NCBI GenBank assembly: GCA_963790205.1
Contig: CAWBNQ010000001.1
Span: 448,001-512,000, forward strand
Reading direction: 5' to 3'
DNA from: Nitrospirota bacterium
Lineage (GTDB): Bacteria; Nitrospirota; UBA9217
Length of the DNA: 64,000 bases
Shown here in pieces: positions 9,906 to 19,940 of the stretch. The number at the start of each line of letters is the position of its first letter. Positions within the stretch are counted from its first letter, which is position 1. The notes under the pieces are model-generated. The model searched no databases and was not told the origin of the DNA. It saw only the letters and a program-made list of their open reading frames with translations. The translations under genes and the position numbers were made by a program.

Positions 9906-11252
9906 TTACAGTGAGTATTGATTGAGCTTATAATGAAGCTGTCTTACCGATATGCCCAGGATCCTGGCCGCTTCTGTTTTATTGTTCCCTGCAGCGACCA
10001 TTGCGTTTTGAATGCAATTCCTTTCCACATCCGCCACCGCGTCTTTAAGGGCGACCGTGAGGACCGCGTTTTCCATCCCGGCCGCATTTTTGCCCGGCCC
10101 GGGACCAAGCACGAGATCATCCGTGTCAAGGATATCTTTTGTCGCGGTTGCTACCGCACGGTGGATGCACCATTTGAGTTCCCGGATGTTTCCGGGCCAA
10201 ACATGGCGCAGGAGGAGCTCCAATGCCCGATTGGAAAGATCTTTGACGTTTTTGTTATAGGCATAACTGGCTTCGTTCAAGAAAGCTCTCGCGAGGAGAG
10301 GAATGTCCTGTTTGCGGTCGCGCAGCCGGGGCAGCTCCAGCACAATTCCGGCTATCCGGTAATAAAGGTCCTGGCGGAACCTGTTCTCCGGATCGTTCAA
10401 ATTCTTGTGCGTAGCGGTAATAAGCCTGAAGCGTGTTTTTCGTTCACGCGCATCGCCGAGTTTAAAGTAACGACCGGATTCGATAACACGAAGCAATTTA
10501 GCCTGAGTTTCATCTGCCAGTTCCCCGATCTCATCGAGGAACAAGGTGCCTTCCTCGGCCCGTTCTATCAATCCTTCCTTGGTGCCGGCGGCACCGGAGA
10601 AGGCCCCTTTCACGTATCCGAACAGTTCGCTCTCAAAAATGTCCCTGGGAACAGCAGCGCAGCTGATCGTCACCATCTCACCGTGCTGGCCGGACAGGTC
10701 ATGGACCCACTGCGCCAGCTTTTCCTTGCCGGTCCCTGTTTCACCCTGAATAAGAACGGGTATCGGAAGAAGGGCCACGGCCGGCACTCGTTCGACAATT
10801 GTTTTCATTGAGCCGGTCCCTGAAGTGACAAAGGGCGGCACGATCCTTTTCATCTCGCGGTCAAGGCTGCTGATTTTCTTCTGGAGCGACCTGTTCTCGA
10901 GATAGACCCCCAGTTCCCGCTTCAACTTATCGATGTCCATGGGTTTCGTGACATAATCGACAGCGCCTTCCTTAAGCGCGTGGATGGCGTTCTCAACGGT
11001 TGCAAAAGCGGTCATTACGATAACGATGGGCATTCGATGGCTATTTTTCAGTTCGCGCAGCAGCTCAATACCCTCCCCGTCAGGCATATAAACATCGAGC
11101 AGAATGGCGTCCGGCGTACTGTCCTTGAGCGCGGCCCGCGCCATGCTCAAACTGGAGACTGAGACGACGGAAAAAGCGTCCTCAATCGCCAGTTGCAGCG
11201 ACTCGGTAAAATTCTTTTCGTCATCAATAATCAGAACAGCAGGTTTTTTCAT
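9906..11252 (-). CDS. Sigma-54-dependent response regulator (NtrC family: REC-AAA+-Fis HTH)
   Basis: REC domain, GETGTGKE, ESELFG..GAFSGA, LFLDEIGE, WPGNIREL, C-terminal HTH (NKTEAARILGIS). Confidence 0.95.
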   Translation of the reverse strand: MKKPAVLIIDDEKNFTESLQLAIEDAFSVVSVSSLSMARAALKDSTPDAILLDVYMPDGEGIELLRELKNSHRMPIVIVMTAFATVENAIHALKEGAVDYVTKPMDIDKLKRELGVYLENRSLQKKISSLDREMKRIVPPFVTSGTGSMKTIVERVPAVALLPIPVLIQGETGTGKEKLAQWVHDLSGQHGEMVTISCAAVPRDIFESELFGYVKGAFSGAAGTKEGLIERAEEGTLFLDEIGELADETQAKLLRVIESGRYFKLGDARERKTRFRLITATHKNLNDPENRFRQDLYYRIAGIVLELPRLRDRKQDIPLLARAFLNEASYAYNKNVKDLSNRALELLLRHVWPGNIRELKWCIHRAVATATKDILDTDDLVLGPGPGKNAAGMENAVLTVALKDAVADVERNCIQNAMVAAGNNKTEAARILGISVRQLHYKLNQYSL

Positions 11253-11256
11253 GTTG

Positions 11257-12429
11257 TCAGGTCTTTATCCGTTTCAGGGGAACCGATATAATAACTCGCG
11301 CACCCTTTTCCATTCTTGCCAGGGATAGGGATCCGCCGTGCGCCATCGCAATTTTTTGGGAAAGATACAAACCCAGGCCGCCGCCCCGCGATCGGCTTGT
11401 TACAAAAGGGGCCGTCAGTTTTTCCAGATCGGCAGTCAGGGGAAATCCACTGCCGTTATCTTCGAACACTATTTCCGCGAAAGCCGCTTTCTCATGGGGG
11501 CTATGCACGTTCACGCGCACCTTGTTCGCCGACGCTTCGCGGCTGTTTCTGATAAGGTTCTTGAACAGCAGGCCCAGATAAAAACGATCTCCATAGATCA
11601 TGTAATTATCGGATATTTCAAGCAGCAGGCCGGTGAGAACGTCTCCCGTAAAAAAGCTCTTGATCGGGATCCACTCTTCGTTCAGCACATCGATGTCTTT
11701 CCCGTATACCAGCAGATTGTCTATCAACTGTTGAGTGCGATTCAGCTCCTCGCTCGTCAGCGTCATGAATCGTTTTATGAATTGCTCATCCGCATGTCGC
11801 GCGGGTAGCGCCTGGACGAGGTTGGAGATGGTTCCGATAGGGGTCTTCAGCTCATGAGCGAGCGCGGCCGACATGCGCCCGACAAGCGCCAGTGCTTCCT
11901 GCCGTTCCAGCGCGGAATGAAGTTCCGCATGCTCTACTTCAAACTGTTGTTTCATTAAAAGCGTGCGCTTCTTGTTTTCGGTGAAAAACACCGTGAAGGA
12001 GAACACAATGATGGTCGACGCGATTCCCATCATATAGTCCGGCACATCGAGATGCTCCAGCTCTGACTTTAGGAACTTATTGCGCACGTAAACGTCGAGT
12101 GCATACCCCTTCCCCGGCAACGTACACAAAAATACCGCATCTTGGGTGGCTTCGCCTCGCCTGTCCGTCCGGTCTTCGCGGACAACCACCTTATCGGCCA
12201 TGACGGAGTCAGCGAACTTTAAGATGAAGTTCTTTTCTTCGCGCGCTGTGGAATATACTGCCGATTCTCTGAACGATGCGACCGCATTTTTCATGTCGTC
12301 TTCCAGCGTTTTGCGGATCTTTTCCTCGACAGTGACATTTTCGAAACTGTCGGCCAAATAAGTGACCGCAATTCCAATGAGCAGTGAACCGACGAGGTAG
12401 GAGACGATTTTTAAAGTCTGCTTCAGCAT
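11257..12429 (-). CDS. Membrane sensor histidine kinase
   Basis: Two TM segments, H-box LAHELKTP, N-box NLIRNS, DNGSG and GGGLGL. Confidence 0.93.
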   Translation of the reverse strand: MLKQTLKIVSYLVGSLLIGIAVTYLADSFENVTVEEKIRKTLEDDMKNAVASFRESAVYSTAREEKNFILKFADSVMADKVVVREDRTDRRGEATQDAVFLCTLPGKGYALDVYVRNKFLKSELEHLDVPDYMMGIASTIIVFSFTVFFTENKKRTLLMKQQFEVEHAELHSALERQEALALVGRMSAALAHELKTPIGTISNLVQALPARHADEQFIKRFMTLTSEELNRTQQLIDNLLVYGKDIDVLNEEWIPIKSFFTGDVLTGLLLEISDNYMIYGDRFYLGLLFKNLIRNSREASANKVRVNVHSPHEKAAFAEIVFEDNGSGFPLTADLEKLTAPFVTSRSRGGGLGLYLSQKIAMAHGGSLSLARMEKGARVIISVPLKRIKT

Positions 12430-12895
12430 ACGATAGGAATTTCACGTTGTTTAAGGCTCGAACGTTATTTACTTTTTACCATTTCCAGCCCACAATAGTC
12501 AATCGCGATCAATAGCTTAACCAATAACTCATGCGGCGACCAGTTGTAATACGTAAGCTGCCCTCCGAGCCTTTCTCGATATTGAATACGATGGCCGCGC
12601 CTTTGCTCAGATGGTGGAGTGGAGAAGGAGGAAGGCATATTACTTCTTCCCTGATGGCTAAAGCTTACCAATATGGTGTCTGGGCGAAGTATTTTTAGAC
12701 ATCTTGCTTAACGATTTCCGGGGAACTCTTCAATTTAGAATAGATGCAACTGCCGTTTAGTACAGGAAGAGGTCAGTAGCATATACACTCATCAGTAACT
12801 ATCCGGTGTTTTTTAAGTTGAATTGACGAAATCGTATATATGCGATATTCTCGCAATTTATTCTCGTTGCTACCCGCTGTAGGCGTCGATAAAAA

Positions 12896-13462
12896 TCAGA
12901 TTATTTTCCCGATCAAAAAAGCTTTGCCGATACGTTCGCCAATACCGTAATAAGCACCCTCCCCAGGATCAAAAATGAGCGGCTTGACCTTCAGGATGTC
13001 CGCCACCCCATGTTCGCCAAGCACCGACTCTTCGGCTTTGATGTCCATGATCTCGCCAATGAATTGCGTGTGGAGCCCGATCTCCAGCGTGTGGAGTACC
13101 CTGCATTCGATCACAACAGGAAATTCTTTTATGTACGGAGCGTCGACGAGCTCGCTTCGAACAGGGGTCAGCTTCGTCATCGCAAACTTATCGACATTTT
13201 TTCCCGAAACCGTGCCGGCATAGTCCACTTTCTTCACCAGCGCAGCTGAAGGGATGCTGATGGTGTACGCTTTGCGTTCCATGATGCACCCATACGTATA
13301 GGTTGCCTTGCGCAGGGAAATAGTCACACAGGGAGGTTGTGAGCAGCAGATTCCGCCCCATGCAATAATCATGATGTTTGGTTTGCCGCGCGAATCATAG
13401 CTCCCAACAACCCAGACAGGCGCTGGCTGAGCGAGTGTCTTGGCGCCGAGCGACTTTTTCAT
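12896..13462 (-). CDS. Flavin reductase / flavoredoxin family protein
   Basis: [25 protein letters not shown] and [20 protein letters not shown]. Confidence 0.88.
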   Translation of the reverse strand: MKKSLGAKTLAQPAPVWVVGSYDSRGKPNIMIIAWGGICCSQPPCVTISLRKATYTYGCIMERKAYTISIPSAALVKKVDYAGTVSGKNVDKFAMTKLTPVRSELVDAPYIKEFPVVIECRVLHTLEIGLHTQFIGEIMDIKAEESVLGEHGVADILKVKPLIFDPGEGAYYGIGERIGKAFLIGKII

Positions 13463-13570
13463 AGTTACCTCCATTCATGGCGATGACGCTCCCAAAAAGA
13501 TGAGGAGCGGCAAGCCGAAGCTCGTGAGGACTTTCCTTTTTCACCGTCCGGTCCCGCTTATTCGTACCGG

Positions 13571-14494
13571 TCATTCGTTCCTATATCGATACGTTTTCAG
13601 ATCGATACCTACCTGCGCCGAAAGCCGGTAGAGGTACTCATAGTCTCCGTTATTCGTCTCGATAAACCCGCGGGCGCCGAAACGCCGTAACGTTTCAATC
13701 CCCTCCCTGTCCTTCTCCATGTCCAACAACGTCTTCTTGAGCGCATTTTTCAGCTCCGGGTCGAGGTCACGGCGTACGGCGAGACAGTTCAGGGGCAGCA
13801 CGTTGGAAGACGTGAGGACAACCAACTCTTTTTCGACGCGTGGGTTCTCGGTCGCCAGCAGATCGTATATGGTGTCTTTGGCAGCGCCGATATCCGCCTC
13901 CTTGTTCAGAACGGCCTGGATCGCGGCTTCAGGACTGCCGGCAAAAAACGTCTCCCCGAGATAGGCCCGCGGGTCAGTAATCCCGTTCTTCCGAAGATAT
14001 GCAAGAGGGAACAGATACCCCGCCGTCGTCGCACGCTCGACGAATGCAAATCGCTTTCCTTTCATCTCAGCTGCCGTGCGAATACCGCTGTCCTTGCGAA
14101 CGAAGATATGCCCGCGGTAGGTAGAGGTTCCGTCGAGGTTGACCGGACGGGCTAGCGCCTCGACCCCAAGCTGATTGTGAGCGAGCGCATATGTAAAGCT
14201 GTCAAAGAAGCCTCCATCCATATGCTCCGTGGTAAATCGATCTACAATATTGCCGTAGCGGCTCAGATTGGTAAAGTTGACGGTGATCCCGAGACGATCG
14301 TAAAGATATTTTTTCAATACCATATAATGCTCTCGCTGGCGAAAAACATTCTGCTCCGGTATGAGACCGATCAGTAATTCCTGCTGTCCCCATGTCTTTT
14401 TCGGTTCCGGAAATTGTTCCGTCCTGTCGCAGGCACTAATGAACAGCGCAGCCGTGACGATAAGAACCGGTATGGTTATACGATATCGCGCCAT
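13571..14494 (-). CDS. Phosphate/phosphite/phosphonate ABC substrate-binding lipoprotein (PhnD-like), orphan
   Basis: Lipobox FISAC; IGLIPEQN, YRGHIFVRKDS and TTAGYLFP motifs. Confidence 0.85.
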   Translation of the reverse strand: MARYRITIPVLIVTAALFISACDRTEQFPEPKKTWGQQELLIGLIPEQNVFRQREHYMVLKKYLYDRLGITVNFTNLSRYGNIVDRFTTEHMDGGFFDSFTYALAHNQLGVEALARPVNLDGTSTYRGHIFVRKDSGIRTAAEMKGKRFAFVERATTAGYLFPLAYLRKNGITDPRAYLGETFFAGSPEAAIQAVLNKEADIGAAKDTIYDLLATENPRVEKELVVLTSSNVLPLNCLAVRRDLDPELKNALKKTLLDMEKDREGIETLRRFGARGFIETNNGDYEYLYRLSAQVGIDLKTYRYRNE

Positions 14495-14948
14495 AGTCTC
14501 TTTTTTTAGTGTTACGCGTTCGTCACAGCGTTTCCAGAATACTCATCCCGAAAATGATGTTTACAAAATAGTGTAATCCCGAAGCTGGTTGGTTTAAGAA
14601 AAAAGGTCAGCTTTCCATGTTTAATTTATTGCTCACATGAAATGCGCGATTTTCCGGCATTTGCAGCTGACGCGTAGTACGGGAAAAATCAGCGTTAAAA
14701 ACATCCTATCATAAACCGAATAGAAAATCACCATAACCTTATAGTTTTTGCAGATGCAGGGAAAGTTCATCCTCATTAAATATTTGCCGTGCCCGATGGA
14801 AAGGGTAAATACCGGGAATGCCTGGAAGTGAGCCAGGACGTGATGACGATCAGAAAGCTCGATGGCCGGAAAAGACCGCTTGACAGGAATTAGACCGGCC
14901 CCTTCGCCGGGAAATATTAGTTTGACGATCAAACCTTGATAATGGCGG

Positions 14949-15515
14949 CTATTTGCCGTCGTGATCGTTGCGGCCGCCTTCATCACGAAGCTGCATTTCC
15001 ACCGTTGGGTCGAGGCTGATATATACAGTGATCCTGCCCTCTCTCATCACGTATTGTATATTAAGAACGTCGTACATGCCGAACCGTACGGGCGAATAGA
15101 GCGGCCTCACCTCATACCCGATAATAGCTCCCGCGGGGTCCGAAATTTTGCTCATACGGGACCCTTGATAAGAGACGCTGCATGTTATAAACTGTCCGGC
15201 TTCTCTGAGCGCTTCGTCCGCTGTAAGGCCGGACTTTATCTTGTATCTGGACGCAAGGGCATAGATCTCAAAGGTGTAAGGCCCTCCTTCCTTGTCGAGG
15301 ATCGCAACATTTTCCAGGTCGTCGGGATAGCGGCAGCCATAGAGCAGCAGCGTGTATGTTCCGGTCACTTCCTTCGGATCAGCCGGCCCGGTGTTAAGAT
15401 GTTTGCCGGCCGTTGCCGTGCAAGCGGATAAATTAAGACTTACACCCAGTATCGCAAAAAGACATAAAACCGGACGTCGCATCATGACAAAATATTTTGC
15501 TATGGCTGTTATCAC
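14949..15515 (-). CDS. Hypothetical lipoprotein
   Basis: Lipobox LSAC after a hydrophobic stretch; GTG start chosen after GGAGG (start uncertain). Confidence 0.6.
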   Translation of the reverse strand: MITAIAKYFVMMRRPVLCLFAILGVSLNLSACTATAGKHLNTGPADPKEVTGTYTLLLYGCRYPDDLENVAILDKEGGPYTFEIYALASRYKIKSGLTADEALREAGQFITCSVSYQGSRMSKISDPAGAIIGYEVRPLYSPVRFGMYDVLNIQYVMREGRITVYISLDPTVEMQLRDEGGRNDHDGK

Positions 15516-15598
15516 GACACACCACCTCCGTTTTATAACAAATGAACTGGCTTCAAGATATTCTAAATATCCATTTTCTCGACTCAATTAAACAGTCG

Positions 15599-15630
15599 AA
15601 AAAAAAGGCGCCGACTGTAGCCCGGCGCCC
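15599..15630 (-). terminator. Intrinsic terminator after the YtxH gene
   Basis: Minus strand gggcgccg-ggctacagt-cggcgcc-ttttttt. Confidence 0.7.
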
Positions 15631-15676
15631 TCCCAGTAATGCCTTCCGTTCCTTTGGGTGTTGTTATGTCTTAATG

Positions 15677-15964
15677 CTAATGCGCGGTCTGGAACTTATC
15701 CCGTTCCTGGGCATACGCCTGCTTCCCTGCATCGACTGCGTTGGAAACAACAACCCTTGCTTCATCGTAGAATTCCCGGCTCCTGTCGATCGCCGAAGAA
15801 AGTTTCTCTTTTGTATCTGCCGCGAGATCCTTTATTTGCTTCCTGATCTCATGTCCCGGCTTCGGTGCCAGCAGTAAACCGAGCGCCGCACCCACGATAC
15901 CGCCTACCAACAGGGGAACCACTATCGAATTCTGCTTGATCGGTGTTACCAGCTCTTCTTTCAT
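15677..15964 (-). CDS. YtxH domain protein
   Basis: GGIVGAALGLLLAPKPGHEIR followed by an amphipathic coiled coil. Confidence 0.85.
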   Translation of the reverse strand: MKEELVTPIKQNSIVVPLLVGGIVGAALGLLLAPKPGHEIRKQIKDLAADTKEKLSSAIDRSREFYDEARVVVSNAVDAGKQAYAQERDKFQTAH

Positions 15965-16359
15965 GATGATCCCTCCTTCCTTTCGTTCAGATCCTTAAGC
16001 AGGGTGGTCATACCTGCTTTTACGCCGGCCTTCAGTCCGGCAATGTTCGCACGGGCAGCTTCGCCCAGGTCTTTTTTATAGTATTCATACAGGCCATTGA
16101 CGGTATTTTCTACTCTAGCCACCGTTTCAGCCATTTCCCGCAAACTTTCGGTGAGCACCGCGATATTGTAAGTGGTCTTTCCGATATCTTCGAGGATACC
16201 TCTTAAGGCCGTCAGCGCCGGATGAAGGTTCTCTTCAGACCTCTTGATGAGCTGCCGGAGCGCAATGCTGGCACGTCGCATCTCAATAATGCTGGCTATA
16301 TTGATAACCGCATAAACAATAAATACGACGATACCTATATTGACCAGTGCCTCATTCAT
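15961..16359 (-). CDS. DUF948/YoxC-like membrane-anchored coiled-coil protein
   Basis: N-terminal TM plus coiled coil, translationally coupled to the YtxH gene (typical pairing). Confidence 0.65.
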   Translation of the reverse strand: MNEALVNIGIVVFIVYAVINIASIIEMRRASIALRQLIKRSEENLHPALTALRGILEDIGKTTYNIAVLTESLREMAETVARVENTVNGLYEYYKKDLGEAARANIAGLKAGVKAGMTTLLKDLNERKEGSS

Positions 16360-16792
16360 CCGTACCATCCTTGCCCAATCATGCGGGCAATTAGAGTGTA
16401 ATTCAAGTATAGCACAGCCCTTTTCCTGCATTCTTTGTGCTTGCAGGACTCTAAACTTTTATCCAGCGAAAGTATCAGTGGAGATTGGCCATGGGGCATC
16501 GGGCGGAAGCTGAAACCCTCCGCGGAGTTGACCGGCAGGTGACGTGCGGGGAGGACAACAGGAACCGGGTTGGTATTGGGACGAGCGCTTTCTATTGCTG
16601 TTTTGCTTCAGTGAACGGAATACAAGGCGGAAGGTCAGAAACGGGCAAGCGGGCAGTAACATTGGCGAGGATTATTTCCATAAGGAGATTCGTGAGGAAA
16701 CCCCCAATCCCTGCCCATCCGATAAAAATCACGCCGTACCGTGAGGGACATAACTAAACAGCGGACGCCATCATGAGGGCCCCGAAAAAAAA

Positions 16793-17125
16793 TCAATGGC
16801 TGTGTTTTTCTCTCCAGCGGCTGAGATTCAGCCTTTGTTGCATGATAGCCTGGGCAAAAATGTGTTTTGCCCTGTCGATAAGCGGCATCTCCTCCACGAG
16901 ATGGATCTTTCGGTCCTTGATCGTAGCGCCTTCGAAAAAGTTGACCGCACGGTAGGCGTCTACATCGAGAGACATTTCTACAAATCCGCGGCCTGTTGGA
17001 CGCCGGGTGATCAAATCCGTCTGTATCCTGACGGACTGCACTTCACCGATCTGAGAAAAAATGTCTCTGAGTCTTTCCTCGGTAATGTCGGGAGGTAAAT
17101 TTTCCACGGATATTCTGGATGCCAT
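16793..17125 (-). CDS. RNA-binding protein (RRM)
   Basis: RNP2-like ISVENLP and RNP1 RGFVEM; RBS AGGAG. Confidence 0.9.
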   Translation of the reverse strand: MASRISVENLPPDITEERLRDIFSQIGEVQSVRIQTDLITRRPTGRGFVEMSLDVDAYRAVNFFEGATIKDRKIHLVEEMPLIDRAKHIFAQAIMQQRLNLSRWREKHSH

Positions 17126-17412
17126 GTTTGACTCCTTTTACAATTGCCTGTAATAAAATACTCACAGCAGGGGACAACCGTGTTTACACACTTCTCCCTC
17201 CTGTGCTCTTTACTTGTCGTGAAGTAATTGCTGCGGAAGAGGCTACTCCCTATTATAACAGACTAAACGAATTTGTGTAAACGGGTTGATAAAAATGCAC
17301 CATGTCCGAGCTTACCGGCATTGCACAACCCGGCAAATGGCGTCTCCCAGAATGAAAAAGTAGGCTTAAGACGCTTCTTAGTTCCCTTTCCGCCTGTTGA
17401 GCTTTCAGCCTC

Positions 17413-18402
17413 TTACTGGCGGAAAAGGACCCTGTCCATGTCGATATTTCTCCCGCCAACGCTCTGCTGATTATGCGTGCCGGTGAGCTTGGAGCCGTTG
17501 TCCGATATCACAAGATCATACGTCTCGGTCTTCCAGTAGCCGACAACGGATTTCATTTTCCACTTCATTTGCAATTTCAATTTTTTGTCGGTTATCTCGA
17601 AGACATTGACGGTAGCAACGCTGTCTGCGGCCCTCTTGGGCGGATTGACAACCAGGTCGCCGCTTGCATTCTTGGCGATTTCAAAAGCAGGAATAGTAAG
17701 TTCTTCACCGCGCAAAGTCTGTTTATAATGCCAGTTGCCGATGAAGTTCGGCATCCTGGACTTTTTGTCCTGCGGCATTTTAATGATCCTGAGCTGCTTA
17801 TCAGGCTCTATTTCGAGCGCCGGTTTTCCGGCAAGGACCAAGGACTTGTCGGCCTTGTGTTCAGGAGCAGGGGCAGGTGCGGCAGCGGGTGCGTTTTTAC
17901 CGGCTTGCATGTCTTCAGCATCGACCTCGAGAGCATATATATTATTTTTCACGTCGCGCGCATTTTTTGCGTCCGGCGCCGCCATAAGGTAGAACTTCAG
18001 ACTTTGGATGGCTTCGACATAAAACCCGGCTTTCTCTTGTACCACGCCGAGATTATAATACGCAAGAGCCAGCCAGGGAGCTGTATTCGCGGCCGCCTCA
18101 AATTCAGCGATGGCTTTCTTGTATCCGGCGCTATCCGAGGCCTTCTGGGCGAACGCAGCTCCCCGCGCCATGTTCCGCTCAGCTTCTTCCGGAACTGCAT
18201 GCATCTGTTTCGCACTCTGCGCCAGCTTGATGATCTTTTCGCGGAGGGTGTTGTCGCCCGGATTTTTCTTAAGGGCATCGATATATTGCTGCAGCGCTTC
18301 CGGCCTAGAAGATGGTTTTTTTGCCGCTTGTGATACAAAACCCGGCAGAACCACTAATAAAAACATCAACGGAATAATCGCGGTACGGATAGTGCGTTTC
18401 AT
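17413..18402 (-). CDS. Secreted TPR-repeat protein
   Basis: Signal peptide; TPR-like AYYNLGVVQEKAG..EAI..LKFYL; Pro/Ala linker; beta-rich C-terminal domain. Confidence 0.7.
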   Translation of the reverse strand: MKRTIRTAIIPLMFLLVVLPGFVSQAAKKPSSRPEALQQYIDALKKNPGDNTLREKIIKLAQSAKQMHAVPEEAERNMARGAAFAQKASDSAGYKKAIAEFEAAANTAPWLALAYYNLGVVQEKAGFYVEAIQSLKFYLMAAPDAKNARDVKNNIYALEVDAEDMQAGKNAPAAAPAPAPEHKADKSLVLAGKPALEIEPDKQLRIIKMPQDKKSRMPNFIGNWHYKQTLRGEELTIPAFEIAKNASGDLVVNPPKRAADSVATVNVFEITDKKLKLQMKWKMKSVVGYWKTETYDLVISDNGSKLTGTHNQQSVGGRNIDMDRVLFRQ

Positions 18403-18794
18403 TTCTTTCTCCTTGCCTCATGCTAAAAGCTACAGAGTCCTCTGCCGATGGTGCATGGTGCTTTTCTTTTGCGTCCGGCAGAGAGGTGTCAACTCATTGA
18501 TTTATTGCGCAAAAATTTATACTATCATAGGAATAGTATCTGAAAGCACGAGGAGAGTCAAGAAGTGTTTTACATAGGGTGCCCTTTTGACCGTGGTATT
18601 TTGGGGGTATTCAAAGTGAAAGGCATGGTGATACGTAAACTTCCCGATTGTTCCTTGATCATGGATAAAGGGGCAAGAGAGAGCCGGCATGATTCCGTGG
18701 TCCGTGCGGGAATGTTTTTTCTTTTTGCGAACTCAAGGCATTGATGCGTCAGATAATTTTTCGTATTGTCTAAACAATTCTGTTAAGCTATATT

Positions 18795-19094
18795 ATGTAT
18801 GCTATGAAAACATGTCATGCTTGCATGCGTGAGCTTACACTCGGCAGGGTCACCGGCCGCAGGGACGAGTGTCCCTTCTGCCGGGGAGATCTCCATTGCT
18901 GCCTGAACTGCAGGTTCTATGACCCGACCTCACCGAAGCAGTGCCGCGAACCCGCAGCCGAGCTGGTGAGGGACAAAAATCGTGCGAACTATTGCGATTA
19001 TTTTGTGTTCGGCGAATCACGAACAACAGGGTCTCAAAACGTTGAGGTTGAAAGTGTACGAAAAGCATTTGACGATCTTTTTAAAAAGAAATGA
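18795..19094 (+). CDS. Small Cys-rich (putative zinc-binding) hypothetical protein
   Basis: CxxC...CPFC..DLHCCLNCRFY...C...NYCDYF. Confidence 0.75.
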   Translation: MYAMKTCHACMRELTLGRVTGRRDECPFCRGDLHCCLNCRFYDPTSPKQCREPAAELVRDKNRANYCDYFVFGESRTTGSQNVEVESVRKAFDDLFKKK

Positions 19095-19109
19095 GTGTTG
19101 TCGGTACGC

Positions 19110-19847
19110 ATGATAAAATTTGACAGAAAAACCATTTTCGGTCTTGGAGTGTTCAGCGCGGTTGTTGCGGGAATCCTTTTTCTTTTGTTTCCCCTCGGAT
19201 TGGCGGAGTACTTCACAGACCGGCGTCTGCTGGCCCATTTTTTCTCCGAGCATAGGACCAATGCGGTTTTTATCTTCATCGGGCTGCAGATCCTGCAGGT
19301 AGTTGCCGCTCCCGTACCCGGCGAAGTGACAGGATTCGTAGGGGGGGTTTTCTTCGGAACTGTCGGCGGCATCATCTATTCAACCATCGGTCTCACCATT
19401 GGTTCCTGGCTGGCTTTTGTCCTCGCCCGCACGGCGGGCAGGCCGCTTGTCGAGAAGATCGTGAACCCCGAGACGATTAATCGGTATGACTATGTGATGA
19501 AACACAAGGGGATATTTCTCGCGTTTCTCATGTTCCTTATCCCCGGTTTTCCCAAGGATATTCTCTGCTATCTGCTCGGCCTGGGGCACATGAAGCACCG
19601 TGATTTTCTCGTCGTGTCTACGACCGGCCGACTGTTTGGGACCGTGCTCCTGACCGTGGAAGGCTCCTTCTTCCGCGATAAACGCTATGGAGCGTTTTAT
19701 ACGGTCCTGGGTATAAGTATCGTTGTGATCATGCTCGTGATGATATACCGTGAGTACATCGAGCGCTGGTTCCGCCGCATCCGGGCGGCGCAAAGGATTA
19801 AATCCCGTACCGAGCGGACCAAACTGAAAAAGCGCGAGGGGGAGTAA
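19110..19847 (+). CDS. TVP38/TMEM64 (DedA/VTT) family membrane protein
   Basis: LQVVAAPVPGE and FLIPGFPKD motifs; several TM segments. Confidence 0.88.
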   Translation: MIKFDRKTIFGLGVFSAVVAGILFLLFPLGLAEYFTDRRLLAHFFSEHRTNAVFIFIGLQILQVVAAPVPGEVTGFVGGVFFGTVGGIIYSTIGLTIGSWLAFVLARTAGRPLVEKIVNPETINRYDYVMKHKGIFLAFLMFLIPGFPKDILCYLLGLGHMKHRDFLVVSTTGRLFGTVLLTVEGSFFRDKRYGAFYTVLGISIVVIMLVMIYREYIERWFRRIRAAQRIKSRTERTKLKKREGE

Positions 19848-19940
19848 TTACTGAGGACACCATCCCTCTCAGTGAAATGAACGGCAGAGGCCGTGGTTGA
19901 ATTTTTTCACAACAGCAACCACTTCGTAAGATAAGACGGG

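Noticed and set aside
12430..12890. Small ORF 12465-12671 upstream of the kinase
   Set aside because: No motif or RBS; more likely promoter or intergenic sequence.
16440..16790. Possible tRNA-Sec or small gene between the DUF948-like and RRM genes
   Set aside because: No cloverleaf, TTCGA loop or CCA; the short ORFs lack recognisable features.
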